The notes: generated by a model not told the origin, from the sequence alone. DNA of 64,000 bases from Candidatus Geocrenenecus huangii (GCA_023254095.1 JALNLM010000007.1:23591-87590), one strand, 5' to 3'; positions 1 to 9,679 are shown, counted from the first letter of the stretch. Program-made: numbers and translations.

Positions 1-12
1 GACTCTTTCTCC

Positions 13-975
13 CTATACTGCGAGTTTCTCAGCTAATCTTAAGAGCTCTAGGTTTAAAGGCTTCTCGTTTCTGCATGATTCATCCAAGCTTGTTGAAGTT
101 ACTTGGCCTTTCTGTATTCCAATTGTTGCTCCACCCTTTCCATCAAGTAGTAATTCGATTGCTTTGGCGGCGAATATAGATGCGAGATATCTGCTACGTG
201 CCGTGGGGCTTCCACCTCTCTGTACATATCCTAGAACGCTTACTCTAACTTCTACTCCGACATTTTTCTCGATAGCTTCTGCTAGGCTTGTGGTCTTCCC
301 AACCCCCTCAGCTATAACGATTATGCTGGAGTTCTTTCCCTTTCTGGCATTCTTCCTTATAGCTTCTACTACTGCGTCTTCATCGTATTCAACCTCTGGT
401 ACGAGTATCACTTCCGCTCCAGCCGTTAAACCTACTTCCACGGCTAGGAAGCCTCTCTTTCTACCCATGACCTCAACTATAAAGGTTCTCTCATGCGATA
501 TCGCGGTATCCCTAATCTTGTTTATCTCTGTCAACGCAGAATTTACAGCGGTATCAAATCCTATTGTTTCATCTGAAGGATATACGTCGTTATCTATCGA
601 TGCGGGTAAAGCCACGATTTTTACATCTGTTAGCCTGCTTAATTCGTAAGCCCCTCTAATAGATCCATCGCCACCGATAACTACTAGGCCGTCGAGATTG
701 TTTGATCTCAGGTTTTCAGCAGCCTTCTCTAGGCCTTCTTTGGTCTTAAACTCTAAGCATCTCGTAGTCTTAAGTATTGTTCCACCTAGGTGGAGTATCC
801 CGCTGACAGCTCTAGCATCAAGATTGATAAAATTGTTTTTTATGATTCCTTCCCATCCTCTCAGGAAGCCTATGGTTTCTATATTATTCCATGCTGATAA
901 TCTGACTAAAGCTCTTATAGCAGCGTTCATCCCAGGAGCGTCTCCACCACTCGTAACTATCCCGATCTTCTTCAT
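13..975 (-). CDS. pfkA: ATP-dependent 6-phosphofructokinase, bacterial PfkA type
   Basis: Motifs TSGGDAPGMNAAIR, GGDGS, IDND, IGFDTA, EVMGR, LGYVQRGGSP; 320 aa, like bacterial PfkA. Confidence 0.93.
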   Translation of the reverse strand: MKKIGIVTSGGDAPGMNAAIRALVRLSAWNNIETIGFLRGWEGIIKNNFINLDARAVSGILHLGGTILKTTRCLEFKTKEGLEKAAENLRSNNLDGLVVIGGDGSIRGAYELSRLTDVKIVALPASIDNDVYPSDETIGFDTAVNSALTEINKIRDTAISHERTFIVEVMGRKRGFLAVEVGLTAGAEVILVPEVEYDEDAVVEAIRKNARKGKNSSIIVIAEGVGKTTSLAEAIEKNVGVEVRVSVLGYVQRGGSPTARSRYLASIFAAKAIELLLDGKGGATIGIQKGQVTSTSLDESCRNEKPLNLELLRLAEKLAV

Positions 976-1075
976 AATACATCACTCTAATTCATGCCTT
1001 CTGTATATCTAAAAAGTTTTGCCCATATTATAATGCTGGAAGAATGAACTCTAAAATGGTAGACCTACTACACTC

Positions 1076-1429
1076 TTATGCTTTTGCTCTTTTAAGACGG
1101 AAGTTTACTCCAGTAGCTATAATGTTTGCTCTAACCATGGTATAGACCACCTGCTCAGAAAGCTTAGAGTATTCGTCTCCTGTTAGATTCCAGTTCTTCG
1201 ACTCGATCAAGTCATGCATAGACTTCATGTTGTTGTACAGATCTCTGAAACCATAAATATTCTCAGAGTATTGAGGCCTGGATGCCGCATACTCAACTAG
1301 TTTGTATGCTCTCTTGAAGTATTTGTGGTCTTCAGTATCGAGAAATGCTTTTAGATTAAAGATGACCATTCGAGTAAGTGTGAAAACTTCTCTTAGAGTC
1401 TTTCTCTCCTCGATCGCTTTACTCATCAC
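1076..1429 (-). CDS. Hypothetical helical protein
   Basis: 117 aa ORF overlapping the stop of the upstream nuoI-like gene; no recognised motif. Confidence 0.6.
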   Translation of the reverse strand: MMSKAIEERKTLREVFTLTRMVIFNLKAFLDTEDHKYFKRAYKLVEYAASRPQYSENIYGFRDLYNNMKSMHDLIESKNWNLTGDEYSKLSEQVVYTMVRANIIATGVNFRLKRAKA

Positions 1430-2280
1430 CTATACCTCCTGAACAGGATTAGTGTTTTCTCAGACCATGTCGTCTCAGGAGGATGCGTTTCAAAGAACTT
1501 ACTACTGAGCATGAGAGGTGTATACAGGAGCTCCTCCCTCTCAAGAGAGGACAATTCAAAAGATGGCCCCATCTCTAGAGCATAGAATGGGCAAGCATCT
1601 ACACAGAATCCGCAGAAAACGCACCTGCCATAATCTATAGCTGGGAATATGCTCCTCTTATTCTGTTTGAATTCGAAATCTCTTTTCTCTATCAATACCT
1701 CGAAGACGTCAGCATCTTTACCTATCTTGAACCTCATGCTTTCTACGGGCTTGTATTCTATTAGTTCGACAGCCCAGCCTTTTACGGTTAATTCACGTAA
1801 TACGTCTTCAAGAAGATTTTCATAAACTACTTCACATCTATAATTGAATACGGGATCTCTATTCAATCTTATTACATAGTTTTCTCCCGTATGCTCACAC
1901 GATTTCAACTCCCCTGAAAATCGGTCTACGATTACTTCGATGGCTTTAGATATTTCTGCCCCCTCTCTTAATCGTCGGAAAGTGTTTGCATCAAGCTTTA
2001 TGGAAACATCGTATCCGAAGACCATGGATATTGCTTCAGATATGTTTTCACATGCTCGGTCGCATGATCCACACCCTGTACACTTGTCTAGATAGAGAAT
2101 GTGCCTACCCTTATAGCCTGGGTAGGCGACCCCCTCCTTCGGGTCGAACCTATAGTTTGATTCAGGAATATTGTATGTCCTCTCATAAGGATACTTTATA
2201 GTTATCGGTCTAAAGAAGATATGTTTTAAACCTGAGACTATAGGTGACAATATCCTCGTAATAATACTCCCTGAAATCAT
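1426..2280 (-). CDS. nuoI: NuoI-like 2x[4Fe-4S] subunit with a large internal insertion
   Basis: TIKYPYE, GRHILYLDKCTGCGSCDRAC and IDYGRCVFCGFCVDACP motifs. Confidence 0.8.
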   Translation of the reverse strand: MISGSIITRILSPIVSGLKHIFFRPITIKYPYERTYNIPESNYRFDPKEGVAYPGYKGRHILYLDKCTGCGSCDRACENISEAISMVFGYDVSIKLDANTFRRLREGAEISKAIEVIVDRFSGELKSCEHTGENYVIRLNRDPVFNYRCEVVYENLLEDVLRELTVKGWAVELIEYKPVESMRFKIGKDADVFEVLIEKRDFEFKQNKRSIFPAIDYGRCVFCGFCVDACPFYALEMGPSFELSSLEREELLYTPLMLSSKFFETHPPETTWSEKTLILFRRYR

Positions 2281-2846
2281 GTCCGCAAATCAATCCTAGT
2301 ACTTGGATAATATAAGTTTCTCTTTTGGTCGAGGCTTACTAGGAAAAGGTGGTCTCTAGATTGTAGGTTGCGTATCTCTACTACTCTTCCGGTTTTCTGA
2401 ATTTCTCTTAGCAAGCGCTCTTTCAAATCCTCCCTCTTCTTCAATAAAGTAAATACCATGAGATGCCGCGAAGTCCTCGCTGCTTCTTTCACCGCTCTCT
2501 CCATATGTAGTAGGTGGATGACCGTGAAGCTTACAGATACGTGGAAACATTTGTCTCTGAAGGGAAGATTTTGAGCATCCGCAACAACATATTCTATTGA
2601 GTGTACTCTGTAATTCTTTCTAGCGTACTTCACTCTATAAGAGTCAATATCAACACCAACGTATAAACCATCGAAACCAGAGTTTCCTAGATATTCTGCT
2701 AGTAGTCCTATACCACACCCAATATCTAGGACCCTGGAGGCTCTTAATCCAATATTGTTGAAGACTAGCCTATACTTTACTATCTGTTCTTCCCCGTACA
2801 ATTCACGGTAGCCTTCAGCTGGAACATCGTAGAATAGTTCATTCAA
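2277..2846 (-). CDS. Class I SAM-dependent methyltransferase
   Basis: VLDIGCGIG, GVDID and ADAQNLPF motifs. Confidence 0.85.
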   Translation of the reverse strand: MNELFYDVPAEGYRELYGEEQIVKYRLVFNNIGLRASRVLDIGCGIGLLAEYLGNSGFDGLYVGVDIDSYRVKYARKNYRVHSIEYVVADAQNLPFRDKCFHVSVSFTVIHLLHMERAVKEAARTSRHLMVFTLLKKREDLKERLLREIQKTGRVVEIRNLQSRDHLFLVSLDQKRNLYYPSTRIDLRT

Positions 2847-3004
2847 TCCATAACATTAAGCTCTGCTAGAAATAATTAACCTTAGCCTACTATTTTGCAA
2901 GGGCATGGGACTTCTTAAAAATAGAAAATATTTATAGAGATTACCAGATTTTTCACTCTGTTCAAGTAATCAATGAAAACTTAAAAATTTACATACTTTC
3001 CTGG

Positions 3005-4033
3005 ATGTTGATGGTTGAGTATAGGGAGCTTGGAAAGACTGGCGTAAAGGTTTCAGCTGTGGGTATAGGTACTTGGCAGTGGGGGTCGAAGATTTGGGGA
3101 TACATGAAGACGTATGCTGAGCATGACTTACTTGAAGCGTTTAATAAAGCCATAGAACTCGGATTGAATTTTTTCGATACAGCGGAAATATACGGTGATG
3201 GTGAATCTGAGAGAATTCTTGGGAGATGTTTAAAAAATGTTAAGAGAGATGAAGTGGTCGTAGCTACAAAGTTTTCTCCAACTAGGATTACGGAAGATGG
3301 TATCCGGAAGTCATTGGAGAATAGCTTGAAGCGTCTTGGCACATCTTACGTGGATCTTTACCAAGTTCATTGGCCCAATCCTGTAGCTTCCATACCGAAA
3401 ACAATGAAGATACTGGAGAAACTGTGGAGTGAGGGTAAGATCCTAGCTATCGGAGTAAGCAACTTTAATCTAAGCCAACTCATTAAGGCTAGAAACTCGC
3501 TATCCAAGACGGATATTACGTCTAATCAGGTAGAATACAACATGTTAAAGAGGAATATTGAAAAGAAGATGATAGAGTATTGTTTAAGAGAAAAAGTAAT
3601 GATAATAGCTTACAGCCCCCTTGCACAAGGTTTACTTACGGGAAAATACAGTAAAGTAAACAAGCCTCGAGACATTGTTAGGAAGTTTAATCCATACTTC
3701 ACGTCAAGGAGGTTGGAGAAGGTTAAACCTTTACTAGATGTTTTGAACGAGATATCGGTTAAGAATGGTAGGACGATCACACAACTAGCTCTAAACTGGA
3801 TACTTAGATGGGAGAACACTATCCCGATACCTGGAGTGAAGAATGCTAGACATGTAGTAGATATAGCTGGCTCCATGGACTTCAGTCTTAGCAATGAAGA
3901 ATTAAAAATCATCGAAGAAAAGATCCAGGAAATAGAAGCTAAAAACTCCTTAAAACCTAGCCGTGGAATCCATCTTCTAAGAAATTATCTCTCTATGGTA
4001 TTCTATGAAAAGGGGAGAGAATGGAAGAGATAG
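3005..4033 (+). CDS. Aldo/keto reductase
   Basis: GIGTWQWG, FDTAEIYG, DLYQVHWP, IGVSNF, AYSPLAQG. Confidence 0.92.
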   Translation: MLMVEYRELGKTGVKVSAVGIGTWQWGSKIWGYMKTYAEHDLLEAFNKAIELGLNFFDTAEIYGDGESERILGRCLKNVKRDEVVVATKFSPTRITEDGIRKSLENSLKRLGTSYVDLYQVHWPNPVASIPKTMKILEKLWSEGKILAIGVSNFNLSQLIKARNSLSKTDITSNQVEYNMLKRNIEKKMIEYCLREKVMIIAYSPLAQGLLTGKYSKVNKPRDIVRKFNPYFTSRRLEKVKPLLDVLNEISVKNGRTITQLALNWILRWENTIPIPGVKNARHVVDIAGSMDFSLSNEELKIIEEKIQEIEAKNSLKPSRGIHLLRNYLSMVFYEKGREWKR

Positions 4034-4081
4034 TTCTTCTATTCAACAAAATTAAAATAATTGGGTGAGTATATTGTGGCT

Positions 4082-4146
4082 GGCTGGCGATGAGGAATTT
4101 GCCGAGTTCAGAACTGTGAAGATAATTGGCCCTCTCTGAGCCAGCC
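4082..4146 (+). ncRNA. C/D box guide sRNA, probable 23S rRNA 2'-O-methylation guide
   Basis: Terminal repeat GGCTGGC/GCCAGCC; C-like GCGATGA 4087-4093; D' CAGA 4109-4112; C' GTGAAGA 4116-4122; D CTGA 4136-4139; D' guide complementary to GAACUCGGCAAAUU. Confidence 0.85.
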
Positions 4147-4158
4147 TAAAACCCGCCT

Positions 4159-4434
4159 CTATCCTACTTGTTCAGATGATTGAAAATCTTCAACCTCGCC
4201 CGTCAGCGGGTCGAGCTTTACATAGACGCTGTAACCCTTCTTCCCAGACAATCCTTTAGACACTACTACCTTTAGCTTGACGATCCATTTACTTCCCTCA
4301 CTGTAGGGGGCTAGCCAGATACTATCAACCCATGAATCCTTTATCTTTCCGTTAAGTCTCTTCTCAACCTCTTTCTCTGCCAACTTTCTTGCATCAATCC
4401 AGTTCGAAATCTTGGGCTCTTCTACCCGAATCAT
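4159..4434 (-). CDS. Small hypothetical protein, possibly PepSY-like fold
   Basis: 91 aa ORF with GGAGG upstream; C-terminal YVKLDPLTGEV resembles the PepSY-type beta hairpin. Confidence 0.55.
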   Translation of the reverse strand: MIRVEEPKISNWIDARKLAEKEVEKRLNGKIKDSWVDSIWLAPYSEGSKWIVKLKVVVSKGLSGKKGYSVYVKLDPLTGEVEDFQSSEQVG

Positions 4435-4521
4435 GTAGACCTCCAGTATTTATAGGAGACGTAATATATTATTTTTATCTAACGTTTCATATTCTTATTC
4501 GGCTGACGGAGGCCAACATCA

Positions 4522-5103
4522 TTGGATGATAATAGATCCTCGGAGATATATGGGTACATTGCATCTCTTGAGCCAGTCGTTAGGAAGCATATAGTCACCT
4601 ATAGAGTTAGAGTTGTATCTCCGGGGGCTGGTTCTTGGATAATCTTTATGAGAAATATTCCAAGAAAGTTTAAGCTCGGAGTATTTGCGAAGATAAAGAT
4701 AGTAGAGAGTAAACAGATGGGGGAAGAGAAACTTATCGCGGAAGATGTAGAATTCCTTGAGAATCCGAAACCATGTGAATTCGTTGAGAGCATTATTGAG
4801 GAAGTATCCAGAGGTCCTGTTACAATAGTTTCAGGGTGGAGAGACAACAACTTCTTTAGCCTGCCTGTATCGGATGATGAAGTTTTGAAGAGGTTTAGTG
4901 TAGAGCTACCAGTGAAAGTTATGTGCTTGTTCATAGAGAGTAAGAGGGGTCTTAGTCTAGTATCGATCATGTCGAGTAAGGAGTGGAGAATAGTTAAAAG
5001 AACGCTAGAACTGATTGAGATGATAGAAGAATACGAAGAAGAATCAGATAAGAAGTGCAGAGAAGAACTAGGTGAAGTTATGTATAAAATTAATCTAGAG
5101 TAG
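4522..5103 (+). CDS. Hypothetical protein, beta-rich N-terminus (possibly OB-like)
   Basis: 193 aa ORF, GGAGG upstream, composition typical of this genome. Confidence 0.6.
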   Translation: MDDNRSSEIYGYIASLEPVVRKHIVTYRVRVVSPGAGSWIIFMRNIPRKFKLGVFAKIKIVESKQMGEEKLIAEDVEFLENPKPCEFVESIIEEVSRGPVTIVSGWRDNNFFSLPVSDDEVLKRFSVELPVKVMCLFIESKRGLSLVSIMSSKEWRIVKRTLELIEMIEEYEEESDKKCREELGEVMYKINLE

Positions 5104-5156
5104 TGGTTCAGGAGAATCTTTTTATTGCCATGGACAACATAGTTTAGATAAAGGTT

Positions 5157-5540
5157 ATGAAGGTAAGATATACTCCCGCTCCAGACTTGGAAGAAAGAGT
5201 TAGAATGATAGTGAACGTCATAGGTCTCAATTATATTGATGTCGAGAGAATAAGATGTGTTAGAAGTTATGGTTCAAGATCAGACACCTACGCTAGGATA
5301 CATGGAGTCTCTAGAGCATTCATAATTGGTTTAAGGATGAAGCCCCACTACGTTATAGAGTTCATATCGGAGAATTTCGACCCTTTGCCAGAAGATGAAA
5401 AAGACAAGATCATCATCCATGAACTCCTCCACATACCTAAAACTTTTAGCGGGAATCTTCTACCTCACGGAGGGTTCAAGATTGATAGAGAAGTCAAGAT
5501 CCTGTACAAGATATTAAGAGAACGTAGAGAGCTACATTGA
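5157..5540 (+). CDS. Putative small zinc metallopeptidase
   Basis: HELLHIP (HExxH) motif, a later His, and YARIHG. Confidence 0.75.
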   Translation: MKVRYTPAPDLEERVRMIVNVIGLNYIDVERIRCVRSYGSRSDTYARIHGVSRAFIIGLRMKPHYVIEFISENFDPLPEDEKDKIIIHELLHIPKTFSGNLLPHGGFKIDREVKILYKILRERRELH

Positions 5541-5542
5541 AC

Positions 5543-6250
5543 CTACCTAATGAATCGCTTGAAATTCTCCTCTATGACCTTTTCAAGATCCTCTAAAGAT
5601 ATCTCTTTCATGGCCGCCATGGTTCTTAGCAGATCTCTTATCTTCAAAGGGTTGAGGTCCATCCCACGATACATGTAGGGGCCGTCACTCTCAGTGAGTA
5701 GGATGTCTACTTCAGCCTTCTCAAGAATTGCTCTATGCTTTGCCTGAATGATGATCGCTGGATTAATCGATATGTAGTATCCTTGGGAAGCTATATCTTC
5801 CAGCAGATTCAGTGGACCAGTATACCAATGGAAGAGTACATTTTTAACGTTGTAGCTTGTCACAATATTTAGGCATTCTCTCCAAGTATCTAGAGCATGG
5901 ACGTTCATTGGAAGATTCTTTTCAGAAGCCGCCTCACAAAATATCTTGAAAACAGATATCTGCTCTTCTAGAGACTTCTTACCATATCGTTTATCTAATC
6001 CGACTTCTCCTATTCCTTTAGATCTACAAGCTAAGTCAAGCGTCTTCTCTACTTCTTGACCTTCGATGTTTTTAAGATTCCATGGATGAACCCCTACAAA
6101 CGGATAAATATTCAGATAGTTCCTAGATATTTCTAGATTCTTTATACTGCTTTCGTAATCTTCTGCGACCCCTATTATCAATATGTCTTTGAATTTTTCT
6201 AATTCGTCTAATCTATAGGCATATACGTGGCAGTGGGAGTCTACGAGCAT
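5543..6250 (-). CDS. tatD: TatD family nuclease
   Basis: DSHCH, GVHPW, IGEVGLD, LFHWY, LTESDGP. Confidence 0.9.
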   Translation of the reverse strand: MLVDSHCHVYAYRLDELEKFKDILIIGVAEDYESSIKNLEISRNYLNIYPFVGVHPWNLKNIEGQEVEKTLDLACRSKGIGEVGLDKRYGKKSLEEQISVFKIFCEAASEKNLPMNVHALDTWRECLNIVTSYNVKNVLFHWYTGPLNLLEDIASQGYYISINPAIIIQAKHRAILEKAEVDILLTESDGPYMYRGMDLNPLKIRDLLRTMAAMKEISLEDLEKVIEENFKRFIR

Positions 6251-6371
6251 CCTAGAAAAGTTAGGTCTAAAATTATATTAAAACCTAGTATCCTCGCTAA
6301 AGTTCAACCGGTTAAGAAAGGCTTATCTGTTAAATTATCCTTTTTCGTAGACTTTTACTTGGAGAAGCGGC

Positions 6372-7451
6372 TTGCATGAATTCGCTGTTGTAGGTATGGG
6401 GATTACTGGATTATCATCGGCCATCAGGTTAAGTGAGTACGGTTATAATGTAGTAATGCTAGGAGATGAGAAGAGCGCGTCGACAGCATGTGCAGGCATT
6501 ATAACGCTTCAGCTTGAAGATCTTAGAGACATCATACTTGTTAAAGAAAGCATAAAGATAATAAATGAGCTAATCAGAGATTCCAGTTTAGATGAAGTAG
6601 GTGTAACTGGAAGAGGATTCATATCAGTTGAAGATCCCATAGAAGCTGAGGAAAGTGCAGAATTATTAAAGAAAGCAGGTGTTGAATTTAAACAATTTAA
6701 CGTAGGAGACGCTCTACAGATTTGGCCATGGTTGGTTCTTAATAAAGATGAGGTGGTGACATTAACGATTGATGATGTATCCGTCGAAGCAGACAAATTC
6801 ATAAGATTCCTAATACGGAAAGCTGTAGAGAAAGGTGTCCGCATCGAGAAGAAGTGGGTTAAAGAGATAGTTTATGGGGAAAGACATAGACTAGTACTCA
6901 GCCAATCTGGAGAAATTCAAGCAGAGGTAGTCGTACTATGTCTAGGTGCTTGGACAAGAGTCTTCCTCTCAAAGTATGGGGTATCCATTCCGGTCGCAGT
7001 ATTACGTATCCCAGCATATAGATTCAGAGTAAGCAGTAGAATAATATCTCTTGCAGATGAAGTCTATGAAAGTTACTGGAGACCTGGAGTAGATGGAACG
7101 ATAGTTGGGGGAGGATATCATGCAGAGATAGTGGACGACCCACTACTATTCTTCCAGAAACCTCCCGATAGATTTCGAGTCGATGCAGAGAAACTTCTGA
7201 GATTAAGATTGTCGAGTAGAGCAGAATTGGTTGAAGAATGGTCTGGTCCTATAAGTATTACACCAGACCTAGACCCCATAATAGATAACTTGCCTGGATA
7301 CGACAATGTCTTCTTTATTGATGGGTTAAGAGGCTACGGGCTGATGAGGGGTGTTGCTCTAGGATATCTCCTCGCAGATATCGTATCTCAAAGAAGAGGC
7401 CTGGATAGCATCGAGGAGTATAGATTGTCAAGATTCTCAAATATCTTCTAA
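6372..7451 (+). CDS. FAD-dependent oxidoreductase (DAO/sarcosine oxidase-like)
   Basis: N-terminal VVGMGITGLSSA Rossmann motif; ITPDLDPII; GLRGYG. Confidence 0.8.
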   Translation: MHEFAVVGMGITGLSSAIRLSEYGYNVVMLGDEKSASTACAGIITLQLEDLRDIILVKESIKIINELIRDSSLDEVGVTGRGFISVEDPIEAEESAELLKKAGVEFKQFNVGDALQIWPWLVLNKDEVVTLTIDDVSVEADKFIRFLIRKAVEKGVRIEKKWVKEIVYGERHRLVLSQSGEIQAEVVVLCLGAWTRVFLSKYGVSIPVAVLRIPAYRFRVSSRIISLADEVYESYWRPGVDGTIVGGGYHAEIVDDPLLFFQKPPDRFRVDAEKLLRLRLSSRAELVEEWSGPISITPDLDPIIDNLPGYDNVFFIDGLRGYGLMRGVALGYLLADIVSQRRGLDSIEEYRLSRFSNIF

Positions 7452-7580
7452 AAAGACCAGAAGAGACTTCTCTCTTAAGCATCTTCTTTAATTACTGCTG
7501 TGGCGTAAACAAATATGTTAGATGTTACTGGATAGTGGCCTCTACACTTTTCTAGGGGACGATAATATTGTTAGTAGAAG

Positions 7581-8762
7581 TTAGGGTAGGACTTGCTTTA
7601 ATACTTCTAGACTTTCTGCGAGATGGCTTGTAGCACATGAGAATGAGAATCTTATATATTCCGAGCTTGCTGGTCCAAACTCTGACCCTGGCGTGCTCCC
7701 AAGCCCGAACTTCAACAAGTAATTTGTCATAGCCCAATCGCTTCTCTTCCCTTCGTTGTCTCTCCAGTCTTCACTTATCTTACACCATATGTAGAATGCT
7801 CCTCTAGGTTTAAACGGTTTGATAGATCTCATCTTGCTTGTAGTCTCATATATCATATCTCTTCTACGCTGGTATTCTCTTCTCATTTCTTCTATGTATT
7901 CTTTAGGTCCATTAAATGCTGCTAAAGCTCCATACTGCGCAACCGAGTTTACACCATTTATCGTGCATCTAAGGAGCTTCTTTCCCCTCTCAATTATCTT
8001 ATCTATGTTTGTAACTATGTATCCTATTCTAAGCCCACTCATTGCAAAGCTCTTGGATGTAGAGAATATGGTTATAGTTCTATCTTCAGCCCCTTCTAGA
8101 GAACCTATACTGACATGTTTTAGCCCATCGTAGATTATGTGCTCATATGCCTCATCACTAACAATGTATAGATTTCTTCTCACGGCTATCTCTACAAGTT
8201 CTTCAAGAATCTTCTTCGGAAATACGGCTCCAGTAGGATTATGCGGTGTATTTATGAAGATGGCTTTTGTCCTAGATGTTATTAATGATTCTACGTCAGA
8301 TGGGTCATATACAAAATCGTTTTCAGGCTTTAGTATGCATCTTACTGGAGCACCTCCTGCGAGTCTCACATTATCTGCTATCTCTGTCCACATTGGATCC
8401 GGTATTATCACTTCTTCTCCTGGTAATAGCAAGGCTCTAAATGTTACGTATAGTCCATGCATGGCCCCATTGGTTACGAGGATGTGGTTATGGTCTTTGA
8501 TAGGTATTTTATTTTCTTCCACGACTTTCCTATACATCGCTTCTCTTAGAGGGCTTATACCAGTTGATTCTGTATAATGAGTATATCCCTTCATTAATGC
8601 ATCTATCATCGCGTCTCTAACGTGGGGAGGGATATCGAACGAGGGGTCTCCAGATTCAAGTCTATAGACTTTCTTACCTTCATTACGCATCTTCAGTAGA
8701 GTATCCCGTATCGCTACAATTCCTCCAAAAGAAATTTTATCAACTATTGACTCCATCTCCAT
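7581..8762 (-). CDS. Class I/II PLP aminotransferase (aspartate aminotransferase-like)
   Basis: NTPHNPTG, SDEAYEH, STSKSFAMSGLRIG (PLP lysine). Confidence 0.9.
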   Translation of the reverse strand: MEMESIVDKISFGGIVAIRDTLLKMRNEGKKVYRLESGDPSFDIPPHVRDAMIDALMKGYTHYTESTGISPLREAMYRKVVEENKIPIKDHNHILVTNGAMHGLYVTFRALLLPGEEVIIPDPMWTEIADNVRLAGGAPVRCILKPENDFVYDPSDVESLITSRTKAIFINTPHNPTGAVFPKKILEELVEIAVRRNLYIVSDEAYEHIIYDGLKHVSIGSLEGAEDRTITIFSTSKSFAMSGLRIGYIVTNIDKIIERGKKLLRCTINGVNSVAQYGALAAFNGPKEYIEEMRREYQRRRDMIYETTSKMRSIKPFKPRGAFYIWCKISEDWRDNEGKRSDWAMTNYLLKFGLGSTPGSEFGPASSEYIRFSFSCATSHLAESLEVLKQVLP

Positions 8763-8905
8763 TTGCTGTTTATATGATCTTTTTATCTAATTAACTTTTT
8801 TCCATAGTCTCGTCATATTTGCCGACAAATTGTCGTAATAACGGGACATTATACGTCAGTTTGCCTAGAAAAAAATTAATGAATAAACTGGCGGTATCTA
8901 TTTTT

Positions 8906-9316
8906 ATGAAGGTTATTACTAAGAATTTTACTATTGAAAGTAGGAAGAAAATAGATTTCATAGACATTACGAATTCTGTTGAAGACGTATTACGGGAAGT
9001 AGAGGTAGTTGAGGGCCTAGTGACAATATTTACACCTCATACAACTACATGTCTATTCATTAATGAAGATGAAAAAAGATTGATGGATGATTTGGAGAAG
9101 ATGTTAGAAAAGCTTGTACCCATTAAGGGAAACTACTTTCACGATAATGTAGATGATAACGCATATGCTCATCTCCGCTCAATACTTTTAAGCACAAGTA
9201 TCTCTATACCTGTATCTAATGGAAGACTACTACTGGGAACTTGGCAGAACATCTTCTTGGCAGAGTTTGATGGGCCAAGAAAGAGAACCTACATAATACA
9301 GGTTATGGGTGCCTAG
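8906..9316 (+). CDS. yjbQ: YjbQ family protein (UPF0047)
   Basis: HTT..FINE, YFHD..DNAYAH, LGTWQ..FLAEFDGPR; ATG at 8906 preferred over 8819. Confidence 0.88.
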   Translation: MKVITKNFTIESRKKIDFIDITNSVEDVLREVEVVEGLVTIFTPHTTTCLFINEDEKRLMDDLEKMLEKLVPIKGNYFHDNVDDNAYAHLRSILLSTSISIPVSNGRLLLGTWQNIFLAEFDGPRKRTYIIQVMGA

Positions 9317-9361
9317 ATTCAAGCTTTTACTAATTCTACTAGATCCGTCCTGCATACAGAC

Positions 9362-9679
9362 TTATCGAACGATCATCTCTACAGAGACATCTTCAGGTAT
9401 CTGGATCCTCATTATAGCTCTCATTACTCTCTGGTCCGTAATATGTAGGTCTATGAGCCTCCTGTATATTCTCAGCTCATGCTTCCTCCATGTCTTAGTC
9501 CCCTCGCCGCAGGGGGATTTCCTAACAGGGATGAGGAGCCTCTTTCTTGGAAGAGGTATCGGTCCAGAAATCTTAGTCCCAGTTTTGATCGCTATATCCT
9601 TTATTTCCGCACATACTCTCTCGATCTTTTCCAGATCTATGCTCGTCAGCTTAATCCTTACCTTCGTCGGCATATCCAA
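9362..9679 (-). CDS. rpsJ: 30S ribosomal protein S10 (uS10)
   Basis: RIKLTS, GPIPLP, RKSPCGEG, RLIDL. Confidence 0.93.
   Translation of the reverse strand: MDMPTKVRIKLTSIDLEKIERVCAEIKDIAIKTGTKISGPIPLPRKRLLIPVRKSPCGEGTKTWRKHELRIYRRLIDLHITDQRVMRAIMRIQIPEDVSVEMIVR

Noticed and set aside
1681-2019. NuoI insertion as an intein
   Set aside because: No Cys/Ser start block, no His-Asn end followed by Cys/Ser/Thr, and no LAGLIDADG motif
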